From Candidatus Nitrospira inopinata (GTDB lineage Bacteria > Nitrospirota > Nitrospiria > Nitrospirales > Nitrospiraceae): a stretch of 32,000 nt of DNA. Position 1 is the first letter of the stretch. Each line of letters starts with the position of its first letter. Positions 1 through 8,534 of the stretch are shown here, in pieces. The notes under the pieces are model-generated. The model was not told where the DNA came from, did no database searches, and saw only the letters and a list, made by a program, of their open reading frames with translations. The translations under genes were made by a program, and so were the position numbers. The DNA is taken from the NCBI RefSeq assembly GCF_001458695.1, contig NZ_LN885086.1, positions 1,860,001 through 1,892,000 on the forward strand, given 5' to 3'.

Positions 1-65
1 CGGAACAGGAGGAGCAGGTACCCACGCCAGTCTTCCATGCGCCGGTTCAGGGCTGGGGGGAGACC

Positions 66-833
66 GTGCTCCTTGTTGAGGATAATCCCGCGGTGCGGGA
101 AGTCATAAAATTGACGTTGGAAAGCAAAGGTTACCAGGTGCTTACGGCCAGCGATGGCAGTGAAGGTATCCATGTTGCGCTGAGTTATAAGGAGGTAATT
201 CACCTGCTCATAGCCGATGTCATGATGCCAAACATGGACGGATTGCTGATGGTACGGAGTTTACGATCTCGGATGCCTCATCTGAAGGTTCTCTTTATCA
301 CCGGTGGAACCGCGACGGGAGCGGAAGACCGTAGCAAGGGGCTGGCGAGTTGTCGGCCGGAAGTATTGTCGAAGCCTTTTACGAATGAAGCGTTGTTGGC
401 AGCCGTCAGACGGGCGCTGGACCAGCCAGTCGGACACTCATCCCGGGACAGAGGATCTCGTAAACCGAAGCGTGTTCTGGTCCTTGACGATGATGGGCAA
501 GTCAATTCTTTGGTCCGGGAAATACTCAGGAGTGAACGGTATGAAGTGTTGACAGCGATGAGCGGAGTCGAGGGGCTTGAGTTGTTACGGCAACATTCCA
601 TTGATTTGCTGATCACCGATATGCTTTTGCCGGGCATGGACGGCGTCGAGGTCATTCAGGAGGTGCGGCGTCTCCAGCCTGCGTTGAAAATTCTTGCTGT
701 GTCCGGTGGTGGAATCGGTGCAACGCCGGAATTTCTTCTCAATCGGGCCGGGCAAGCGGGGGCTGTGAGCACACTAGCGAAGCCGTTTACGCGCGAGCAG
801 TTGCTCGCGGTGGTGCGGCAGATGGTCGATTGA
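66..833 (+). CDS. Tandem receiver (REC-REC) protein without an output domain. It may be the C-terminal part of a larger hybrid sensor protein that starts upstream of the window.
   Basis: There are two CheY-like receiver domains: LLVEDN...IADVMMPNMDG...SKPF and VLVLDDD...ITDMLLPGMDG...AKPF. Each has the acidic pocket, phospho-acceptor Asp and conserved Lys. No HTH or enzymatic output domain is present. The frame is open from position 3 to the GTG at 66 (EQEEQVPTPVFHAPVQGWGET), and the GGAG lies only about 3 nt from that GTG, so the real start may be outside the window. Confidence 0.8.
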   Translation: MLLVEDNPAVREVIKLTLESKGYQVLTASDGSEGIHVALSYKEVIHLLIADVMMPNMDGLLMVRSLRSRMPHLKVLFITGGTATGAEDRSKGLASCRPEVLSKPFTNEALLAAVRRALDQPVGHSSRDRGSRKPKRVLVLDDDGQVNSLVREILRSERYEVLTAMSGVEGLELLRQHSIDLLITDMLLPGMDGVEVIQEVRRLQPALKILAVSGGGIGATPEFLLNRAGQAGAVSTLAKPFTREQLLAVVRQMVD

Positions 834-1002
834 ACACGTTCCCGCCGCGAAGGAGCGCACGCGTTCCCCCACGGCAAGCGGCCTTCTCTCGAAGGCGAAC
901 CTGCCATATTCCAATTGTCATCAGGGGCATCGAGATCTGTTTCTCCCCTTCCGCGGACGTTACCCATCGCTTCACCGGCTTTATCAAAGAAGCAGCCTCC
1001 CG

Positions 1003-1995
1003 TCATTCGCTGGAAACCTTGCGAGCTGATCGGCGGAGTATCTCCTCGATCGAGCGAAAGCCGAGGCCCAGTTCCCGACAGACAAGCGCCTGTCGGTCGA
1101 ATCGGTTTTTGGTGCGGATCAAATTCGACAACGTGCGAAGGTCCACCCGCCCCCAAGCGGCCATATGAAACACGGAAAGCGGATAATCCGTGCCGAAGAG
1201 CAGACGATCGTGGAGTTCGGGGTGCCGTCGCAGAAGCAGGAGCATCTTGAGGCGATGGGGTTGTGTCAGGGAGGAAATGTCCGCATAGAAGTTGGGGTGC
1301 GTGGCGCAGAGCGTGCGAAACGTCGGGAAAAACCGCTCGTACACCATCAAACCGTAGCTACAGGCGTGGGCCGCGATGACGGTGACGCCTTCGTCTAATG
1401 CCGTGCGGAGTCGCTCCGGGTCGCCGAGCGATTGATCCCGGCTTGTCAAGCTGAGCTCATAGCCGACGTGACTGAGCAACGGCAGGTTCCGCTCCGCGAG
1501 CGCGCGGTAGAACGGCCGGTACCGCGGATCGGCAGGGTCGAAACCCTGGCTGTTGGGCAGGACCTTCACCAGGACCGCTCCGGCATCGGTGCAGCGATAA
1601 ACTTCTTCGACGGCGTCTCTCCGTTGCGGGTTGATCGACGGGCCGGCCAGGAAACAATCGGGATGGGCCCGCACGGTGTGGAAGACGTAGTCGTTGGCGA
1701 CGAGAAACTCCGTCTGAGACCGGTTCGGGCGTCCCGCTTCATCGTAGACTCCGTCCATCCCAAGCAAGACAGCTTGGCGCACGAGCTGCGAGGCCCGCAG
1801 CTCGTTGAGCAAGTCATTGAGGTATTTTAGATTGGCTTGCCCCGGGTCCTGCGGAGACAGGTCGTGCTTCCAGAGCAGAAAGCGAAACAACGGGCTCTTG
1901 AGCAGCCTCGGCGAAATGTAGCAGCCGTTGCTCCCGTCCGGCAGGGCGGCCAAATGCACGTGGCAATCGATCAGACGTTTGGCCGTGTCGGGCAT
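1003..1995 (-). CDS. Metal-dependent amidohydrolase, TIM-barrel fold (amidohydrolase_2-like), substrate unknown
   Basis: 330-aa ORF with an N-terminal LIDCHVHL (HxH metal ligands), an internal VIAAHAC and a C-terminal LLFGTDYP (Asp ligand). This pattern is typical of PF04909-type amidohydrolases. Confidence 0.65.
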   Translation of the reverse strand: MPDTAKRLIDCHVHLAALPDGSNGCYISPRLLKSPLFRFLLWKHDLSPQDPGQANLKYLNDLLNELRASQLVRQAVLLGMDGVYDEAGRPNRSQTEFLVANDYVFHTVRAHPDCFLAGPSINPQRRDAVEEVYRCTDAGAVLVKVLPNSQGFDPADPRYRPFYRALAERNLPLLSHVGYELSLTSRDQSLGDPERLRTALDEGVTVIAAHACSYGLMVYERFFPTFRTLCATHPNFYADISSLTQPHRLKMLLLLRRHPELHDRLLFGTDYPLSVFHMAAWGRVDLRTLSNLIRTKNRFDRQALVCRELGLGFRSIEEILRRSARKVSSE

Positions 1996-2202
1996 CGGCG
2001 CTTCCCCTCGATCGGCCTAGTCCCATGCCGGTCGAGAGCCTTCCGCCTCGAGAGTCAGCATGGTCTGTTCCAGCGCGGTCATGAAACTGCTCTTGCCTCC
2101 CGTCCACTTGAGTGATTCACCGACAAACATGTCGCAAACAATGGTACCAGCCCCGGCAGCTCGGCGGCTCTGGCACGGGGCTCCGTCGCGTGATCGGGCG
2201 GT

Positions 2203-3759
2203 TTAGACCGAGCTCTTCGAGCCGAGCCGTTCCATGGCGATCTGCTTCACGCCGCGCAGGTCCAGTTTTCCCGTTCCAAGCACCGGCAAGGCATCGACCT
2301 TGATGAAGTCGTGTTTGCCGGGAATGAAGAGATTGGGCAGTCCGCCGGCTGACAGTGTCTCTAGTACGCCAGGGATAAGGCGCTCATCGAGGGTATGGAG
2401 CACCGCTAGCCGCTCGCCTTTTTTCTCGTCTGGGATGCCGGTGACGGCGAAGACCTGCGTCTCGGCGCCGATGGCCTGATGCAGGGCCTCTTCGACGCGC
2501 CCGTGCGGGACCATCTCGCCGCCGATCTTCGAAAAGCGAGACAGTCGGTCGGTGATCGTCAAGAAGCCGTCGTCGTCAAGCGAGGCGATGTCGCCCGTGA
2601 TGTACCAACCGTCACGGATGACTTGAGTGGTCAGGTCCTCGCGGCCGAGGTACCCCTGCATGACGTTCGGGCCCTTGACGAGCAACAAACCCGGTTGGCC
2701 CGGGGAGAGAATTTCCCACGTGTCCGGATCGACGATCCGCACGGAGACGCCGGGAAGGGGCTGGCCGACGGTGCCCCGGCGCGACGCCACTTGATAAAAG
2801 CCTGCGGCGCGGTAGTCCGGGCAATTCGATGAAATCACCGGCGAACATTCCGAGACGCCGTAGCCCTCCACCGGGGTGATCCCGAATTTGGCTTGAAAGG
2901 CATCGACCAGGCGAAGCGGCAGCTTTTCCGCCCCGGTCAGAACGACCCGCAGACCGCCGAACTGCTCGGGCGTGCAGCGGCGAAGGTACAGTTGCAGGAA
3001 GGTCGGCGTCGCGATCAGCAACGTGACCCGATACTTGGCGCACAGTTCGCCGATGGCCGTCACGTCCAGCGGGGACGGGTGAAAAACGATGCCGGCGCCG
3101 TTCCTCGTCAAGAGCCAGAGCAGCAGGTAGCCGAACGAATGGAAGAAGGGGAGAATGCCCAACGCCCGGTCATGCTTGTCGATGCGGATGACTTGCGCGG
3201 CGCCCTCGACGTTGGATGTGATGCTGAAGTGGGACAACATCACGCCTTTGGGCTCGCCCGTGCTGCCGCTGCTGAAAATGATCGTGGCGAGATCGTCCAT
3301 CAAGATCCTGCGGTCTCGACCGCAGGCCGCTTCAACGAACCACAGCGGAGCCGCGAGGGCCAGACACAACGCCGCCAGTTTCTGGGCCGCGCCGATCCCC
3401 TTGGCGAGATCTTCCAGCCAGAGAATCGTCACGCCGGTTGGAAGTTCAAGTTTCGCCTTCTCTACGAACAGGCGGCTGGTCAGCACGGTTTTGAGCGAGG
3501 CTTGTTTGACGGCCGATTCGAGCCCGGCCCGGCCCACTGTGTAATTGAGATTGATGCTGGTCTTGCCCGCGACCGAGGCCGCGATGTTGACCAACGCGCC
3601 CGGCACGCTGGGCGGCAACAAAAGGCCCACGCGAGACTGCCCGTTCCAGTGCGGTTTCAAGATGCGAGCGAGCGAGATTGTGCCGATCAGAGCCTTGAAG
3701 CCGGTGACGCGCGGGCGCGCAGCATCCGCCATGGCGAAACCAAGGGGTGGCGGCGCCAC
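2203..3759 (-). CDS. aas: Aas-type acyl-ACP synthetase (AMP-dependent synthetase/ligase)
   Basis: AMP-binding motifs IIFSSGSTGEPKGV, EGYGVSE and TGDIASLDDDGFLTITDRLSRFSKIGGEMV are present. The last resembles the Aas RFxKIxGEMV signature rather than FadD. The annotated GTG start at 3759 overlaps the upstream gene by 73 nt (see the frameshift finding). Confidence 0.8.
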   Translation of the reverse strand: MAPPPLGFAMADAARPRVTGFKALIGTISLARILKPHWNGQSRVGLLLPPSVPGALVNIAASVAGKTSINLNYTVGRAGLESAVKQASLKTVLTSRLFVEKAKLELPTGVTILWLEDLAKGIGAAQKLAALCLALAAPLWFVEAACGRDRRILMDDLATIIFSSGSTGEPKGVMLSHFSITSNVEGAAQVIRIDKHDRALGILPFFHSFGYLLLWLLTRNGAGIVFHPSPLDVTAIGELCAKYRVTLLIATPTFLQLYLRRCTPEQFGGLRVVLTGAEKLPLRLVDAFQAKFGITPVEGYGVSECSPVISSNCPDYRAAGFYQVASRRGTVGQPLPGVSVRIVDPDTWEILSPGQPGLLLVKGPNVMQGYLGREDLTTQVIRDGWYITGDIASLDDDGFLTITDRLSRFSKIGGEMVPHGRVEEALHQAIGAETQVFAVTGIPDEKKGERLAVLHTLDERLIPGVLETLSAGGLPNLFIPGKHDFIKVDALPVLGTGKLDLRGVKQIAMERLGSKSSV

Positions 3760-5669
3760 ATGCGCAGGACCGGCCGATGCAGCGGTTCTTGATCCGTTTT
3801 GCGAAGGTGCCAGGCCGCTTCGCCCAGTTCCCGAATCAGCCGCCGCACTTCATGGGCCGGAGTGGTCGAGGGTTGCGGCGCGCCGAACGACAGGGTGACC
3901 GGATAGGGAATGCGTTCCGGCCATTTCCACACGAACCGCCCGCCGCTGAAACTGAAGATGCTTCCCCAAATGCGGTCCAGATGGACGGGAATGATTGGAA
4001 CCGTTCGGCCCTTGACAATGCGCTCGAATCCCCGTCTGAACGGGAGCAGGGTGCCGGTGCGGGTGATCTGCCCTTCCGGGAAGATACAGACCAACTCGCC
4101 GTTGTCGAGGGCTTCGCCGGCGGCGCGCAGCGCCCGGAGAATCATCCGGAGACCGCCGGACGATGAGATGGGAATCACGTTCATGATGGTCATGAGCCGT
4201 TTGAAGAACGGATGAGCGGCGTAGGCCGTGTCCACGACGAACCGAATCGGCCGGTCGATACTGGCCATCAGTAAAAATCCGTCCACGAAAGACATGTGAT
4301 TAGGGACCAACAGCGCCCCGCCGGTTTGCGGCACATGGTGCTGCCCAACAATTCGAACCCGGTACAGACTGTTGGTCAAGATGACCAGCACGAGTCGGAT
4401 GACGAGGTCCGGCAACAGCCGGAAGGCCCACACCGTTCCGCCCAATGTCACGGCGGCGGTGGCGAGAAAAATTCCGCTCGTGGAGAAGCCCGCGTTGGCC
4501 AGCGCGCCGCCGGTCAGCGAACCCAGCAGGATGCCGGCGAAGACGCAGGTGTTGGACAATGAGATGACGGCGCCGCGCCGATCCGGCGGCGATTTCCACT
4601 GGAGAATGGCGTTCAGCGGAACGAAGATGAACGAGCTGGCGACTCCTAGCGCTCCCATCAGAATGAATGTTCCGGAAAGGGGAGGCGTGAGTGCGCCGAG
4701 GAGAGTGAGCGTCAGAAAGACACCGGTTGCGCCAAGTGGGATCAGACCATATTCGATACGCTGCTTTGAGAATCGGCCGACGAGGACGGCGCCGACCCCG
4801 ATGCCCACTGACAACATCGTGAGCGGCAAGCCGGACTGGTCATCCGGCAACAACAGGACGGCCTTGGCATAGACGAGCACATTCTGAGCGAAGAGACTGG
4901 CGATGGTCCAAAAAAAGATCTCGCCGGCGATGGTCAGTCGCAACAGACGCTCGGCGCGGATCGAGGCCAGAGCCGCGTGGACCGTTGCCGCGACGCCGCC
5001 CTCGGAGCGAGCCGACGACACCGGCGAAATCTGAAAAGACGCGATCAACCCGACGATCGAGAGGGCGATGAGAACCGTCGCCGCCAACCAGGGCTCGTTT
5101 CCCGCCGCTTGCAGCAAGAAGCCGCCGGCCGCCGTTCCGGTCAAGATGGCGGCAAAGGTCCACATCTCCAACAGGCCGTTGGCGGCGGCGAGCCGTTCGT
5201 GGGGAACCAGCTCCGGGAGAATGCCGTACTTCGACGGACTGAAGAGAGCGCTTTGCGCGCCCATGCCGCAGAGGACGATCAACGGCAACAGCCAACCGGC
5301 GGGGTCCCGCCACAGGACGAAGGCACCGGCGGCCATCAAGAGCACTTCGACGGCTTTCAGGGCGATGATGACCGTGCGCTTGCTCAGGCGATCGGCCAAC
5401 GTGCCGCCGATGAGGGAGAACAGAACGAGCGGGAGCGTAAACATGACGAACGTGATCGCCGTCTGGGTCTGCACGGCGGTTTCGTAGTCGGGGCCAGGCT
5501 GAAGGGAGGCGGTCGCCTGTCTGATGGCCAGGAGCGCCACCATCAGTTTCCATGCGTTGTCGTTGAACGCTCCGAAGAACTGGGCGATCAAGAGGCCGCG
5601 CAAGGGATGGGCGGTGGCGTGGGGCATGCGATCAAAAGATTGAGAAGAAGAGTTTCGAGCGAACACCAT
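3687..5669 (-). CDS. Fusion of an MFS lysophospholipid transporter (LplT-like) and a PlsC-family 1-acyl/2-acyl-glycerophospholipid acyltransferase
   Basis: The N-terminal ~400 aa are strongly hydrophobic and multi-helix (LIAQFFGAFNDNAWK..., MFS/LplT-like). The C-terminal domain carries the acyltransferase HX4D box (VPNHMSFVDG) and FPEGQITRTG. It sits directly upstream of the Aas-type synthetase. Confidence 0.8.
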   Translation of the reverse strand: MVFARNSSSQSFDRMPHATAHPLRGLLIAQFFGAFNDNAWKLMVALLAIRQATASLQPGPDYETAVQTQTAITFVMFTLPLVLFSLIGGTLADRLSKRTVIIALKAVEVLLMAAGAFVLWRDPAGWLLPLIVLCGMGAQSALFSPSKYGILPELVPHERLAAANGLLEMWTFAAILTGTAAGGFLLQAAGNEPWLAATVLIALSIVGLIASFQISPVSSARSEGGVAATVHAALASIRAERLLRLTIAGEIFFWTIASLFAQNVLVYAKAVLLLPDDQSGLPLTMLSVGIGVGAVLVGRFSKQRIEYGLIPLGATGVFLTLTLLGALTPPLSGTFILMGALGVASSFIFVPLNAILQWKSPPDRRGAVISLSNTCVFAGILLGSLTGGALANAGFSTSGIFLATAAVTLGGTVWAFRLLPDLVIRLVLVILTNSLYRVRIVGQHHVPQTGGALLVPNHMSFVDGFLLMASIDRPIRFVVDTAYAAHPFFKRLMTIMNVIPISSSGGLRMILRALRAAGEALDNGELVCIFPEGQITRTGTLLPFRRGFERIVKGRTVPIIPVHLDRIWGSIFSFSGGRFVWKWPERIPYPVTLSFGAPQPSTTPAHEVRRLIRELGEAAWHLRKTDQEPLHRPVLRMWRRHPLVSPWRMLRARASPASRL

Positions 5670-5806
5670 AGCATTACGTCAATGCGCGGTAAAGATCGGA
5701 AACAATGGAAACCGACGGAGAGCGGGCGCTCAGTCCATACCGGATCTTATCACGCATGCGCCAAGGGACCGGCGGAATCGGAACCGTCTTGAAAGAGCGG
5801 GACGGA

Positions 5807-7489
5807 TTAAGACTCGGAATCCAGCCCCTGAGAAAAGAGCCTGGCCACAGGGACCGTAAAGGAGAAACGGCTGCCTTTCCCGAGAACGCTCTCCACCCGA
5901 ATGGAGCCGCCGTGCAGTTCGATCAGGTTCTTGGCGATGGCCAGTCCCAGCCCGGCGCCGCGAGCTTCAACGGGAGTCGATTTGCTCCAATAAAACTTGT
6001 CGAAAATCTTGTCCAGCTCGTTCGGGGGAATGCCGTTTCCGTTGTCGATCACGGTCACTTCGACGAAGTCGTCGCCTCGCGTTCCGACTTCCACGAGGAT
6101 TTCTCCTCCTTCGGGCGTGAACTTGATCGCGTTGTGAACCAAATTGATCAGGACGCGATGGAGCTTGTCGGTATCCGCCCGAACCATCGGCAAAGGAGCG
6201 TGCAAGACGGCTCGCAGCATGATGGACTTCTGGCGGGCGGTGGCCTGATAGTTTTCCACGACCTCCTCCACGAGGTCCACGACGTCGATCGGCGCGAGGT
6301 GCAATTCCAACCGCCCGGCCTCTATTTTTGAGAGATCCAGCAACTCGTTGATCATCCGCGTCAGCCGATCGATGTTGTGCTTGACCCGTTCGAGGGAGCG
6401 GGTTTGTTTGTCCGTGAGCGCGCCAGCCAACCCGTCGAGCAGGTTTTCGACGTAGCCCTTGATCGACGTCATCGGCGTGCGAAGCTCGTGCGACACGACC
6501 GAGACGAAGGTCGATTTGAGGTGGTCCAGTTCTTTTAATTTCTCATTGGCGGCTTGGAGCTCGCTGGTTCGCTGACGGACTCGTTGTTCGAGCGTCTGAT
6601 TGAGTTGCTCCAGTTCCTGATACGCCTGTTTGACTTGGGTATCCCGTTCGCGCAAGGCCTCGGTCATCTGACTGAAGACCGCCGTGAGTTGCCCGACCTC
6701 GTCGCGAGTCGTCGGTTCCACCGAGGCGGTCAAATCGCCGCCGGCTATTCGTCTGGCGACCGAGACGAGGCTTTTGAGGGGGGTGGTGATCCGGCGGGTC
6801 AGCAGCATCGCGGCCACGATACCCCCCAGAATCACCGTGATCGTGATGATCATGACGTTTCCGATCAAGGTGTCCAGCGCCTGATTCATCCGCTCTCCCG
6901 TCAAGCCGACCTGGACGATGCCGTATATGCGGGGCTGGAGCCGCGCCGCCGTCGAAGGTTCGTCGTGAGACTCCTCCGACTCGAAAGAAAAGAAGGGGGA
7001 CTCGATGTCGTTTCCCCGACGGATCGTGACCGCAAAATCATAAAGATGTTCGCGACGACGGTCGCGGTCGGCGGTGAACGACGTGATCGCCACGTCGGTC
7101 GTTTTCGAGTGAATCAACGATTCGGCGATGGCTTGGTCGGGGTAAACGTCATGCTTGCTCTTGGCGGCCAACCGCTTGCCGTCCGGCCCCGTGAAGACGA
7201 CGTAGACGCTTTCATCCACGTCCATGACTCCCTGCATCAACTGTTCGAGCAGCACCAGGTCCTTGGCGACGAGCCCATAGCGGCTGTTATGGGCCAGGTT
7301 TTTCACCAGGAGGCTGCCCGTGCCGATCAACGCGCGGGCCATCGAATCGGATTGTTGCCGGATGAAGTAGAGGCTTAAGCCCGAACAGACCGCGATAATG
7401 ACCAGGCTGATGAACAACACGAATTTCGTGCTGAGCCCGAGACCTTCCGGGCGATGGCGGTTTTCATTGGAATCGTTCGTTGCCGTCAT
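5807..7489 (-). CDS. Membrane sensor histidine kinase (TM, ~165-aa periplasmic loop, TM, HAMP, coiled coil, HisKA, HATPase_c)
   Basis: I moved the start to the ATG at 7489 ([10 protein letters not shown]...), which overlaps the upstream stop as TGATG. The long ORF extension to 7810 lies inside the upstream gene. Supporting motifs are the H-box [12 protein letters not shown]-box [18 protein letters not shown] and GAGLGLAI. Two hydrophobic helices ([21 protein letters not shown] and [21 protein letters not shown]) are followed by HAMP ([22 protein letters not shown]). Confidence 0.9.
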   Translation of the reverse strand: MTATNDSNENRHRPEGLGLSTKFVLFISLVIIAVCSGLSLYFIRQQSDSMARALIGTGSLLVKNLAHNSRYGLVAKDLVLLEQLMQGVMDVDESVYVVFTGPDGKRLAAKSKHDVYPDQAIAESLIHSKTTDVAITSFTADRDRRREHLYDFAVTIRRGNDIESPFFSFESEESHDEPSTAARLQPRIYGIVQVGLTGERMNQALDTLIGNVMIITITVILGGIVAAMLLTRRITTPLKSLVSVARRIAGGDLTASVEPTTRDEVGQLTAVFSQMTEALRERDTQVKQAYQELEQLNQTLEQRVRQRTSELQAANEKLKELDHLKSTFVSVVSHELRTPMTSIKGYVENLLDGLAGALTDKQTRSLERVKHNIDRLTRMINELLDLSKIEAGRLELHLAPIDVVDLVEEVVENYQATARQKSIMLRAVLHAPLPMVRADTDKLHRVLINLVHNAIKFTPEGGEILVEVGTRGDDFVEVTVIDNGNGIPPNELDKIFDKFYWSKSTPVEARGAGLGLAIAKNLIELHGGSIRVESVLGKGSRFSFTVPVARLFSQGLDSES

Positions 7490-8502
7490 CAATACACCTC
7501 GTCGGCCATGCTCTGCACCGTCGGGGGAATCGCAATACCGAGATATTGGGCGGTGCCGAGGTTCAGGGCTATCCGTTGCCGCGGCACAAAGGATTTCGCG
7601 GCCGACGCCGTTCCGCCGATGAGAATGGTGTGGGCGATGGAGGCCGCCTCTCGTCCGATGTCGGCCGGGTCGATCCAAAAACTGATCAAGACGCCGCGGC
7701 GGGAGAATTCCGGATCGAATCCGATGACCGGGATGCGCCGGTCGAAGGCCGCGCGTAAAAGAAACGAGAACGACTCTTCGGTCAACACCGTGCTGTCGGA
7801 CAAAAGCCACAGCGCATCGATGTCCGGAAGAAGCTCTCGCAGGGCCGGAGGGACTTCTTCCGTTGATCGTACCTGACGTTCGACGAACGTGATCCCGAAT
7901 TGTCGAGCCTGAGCGATCGTCTCGGCCGGCAAGGGCGGCGTCTTGTTCGGATCGTACAGATAGCCGATCCGTTTCAGACTCGGCATGATGGTTCGGAGGG
8001 TGCCGAGTTGCTGCCCGATCATCGGTTTGGTCGTGACGCCGACCATGTTCGGAGCCTTCAGGTCATACTTGGTCGGATGGAGCACCATACTGTAGATGAC
8101 CGGAATGTCCAGGATTTCGAGTCGGGCCGCCGCGGCCGCTTTTGAACCGACCGCCAACACGAGATCGGCGCCAGAGGCGCGTATCTTGCCGGCGTACGTC
8201 CGTCCCATATTTGGATCGCCTTTGAGGTCGTACTCAACAAAGACGGTATCCGGCGGCATCGAGGACTTAAAGCCGACGACCGCTTGATTATAGGCGGCGA
8301 CATTGGCCGATTTGAGGATGGCGATCTCGTAGGCGCCGAGCGGCGGGGGCAGAACCGCCAAATTCAGCACGGTTGATAGACAGGCGAAGACGCCCCAGGC
8401 GAACATGGGCTGGACTCGAAGGCCCCAGGCTTTCCCTCCGGCTGTCAGGTCGGCAAGGGCCGCCAGGGAGACGACGGCTATGGGCGGCCTCCTAGGTTTC
8501 AT
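7489..8502 (-). CDS. Periplasmic binding protein of the ABC_sub_bind (PF04392/BMP-like) type, orphan (no cognate permease or ATPase nearby)
   Basis: The sequence pattern [19 protein letters not shown]...[14 protein letters not shown]...IPVIYSMV...NMVGVT...RIGYLYDPN...[12 protein letters not shown]...IPVIGF is typical of PF04392 proteins. A hydrophobic signal-like segment ([19 protein letters not shown]) is present. The start is set at ATG 8502, with ATG 8406 as an alternative. The ORF extension to 8940 overlaps the receptor gene. Confidence 0.75.
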   Translation of the reverse strand: MKPRRPPIAVVSLAALADLTAGGKAWGLRVQPMFAWGVFACLSTVLNLAVLPPPLGAYEIAILKSANVAAYNQAVVGFKSSMPPDTVFVEYDLKGDPNMGRTYAGKIRASGADLVLAVGSKAAAAARLEILDIPVIYSMVLHPTKYDLKAPNMVGVTTKPMIGQQLGTLRTIMPSLKRIGYLYDPNKTPPLPAETIAQARQFGITFVERQVRSTEEVPPALRELLPDIDALWLLSDSTVLTEESFSFLLRAAFDRRIPVIGFDPEFSRRGVLISFWIDPADIGREAASIAHTILIGGTASAAKSFVPRQRIALNLGTAQYLGIAIPPTVQSMADEVY

Positions 8503-8534
8503 GAGCGGTGCTCGGAGGTTGTCGAGCCATGCGG

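Noticed and set aside
2017-2082. 21-codon minus-strand mini-ORF (MTALEQTMLTLEAEGSRPAWD) in the 207-nt gap upstream of the amidohydrolase
   Set aside because: The GGGAGG is about 13 nt from the ATG, which is too far, and I know of no conservation. It is too short to support from sequence alone.
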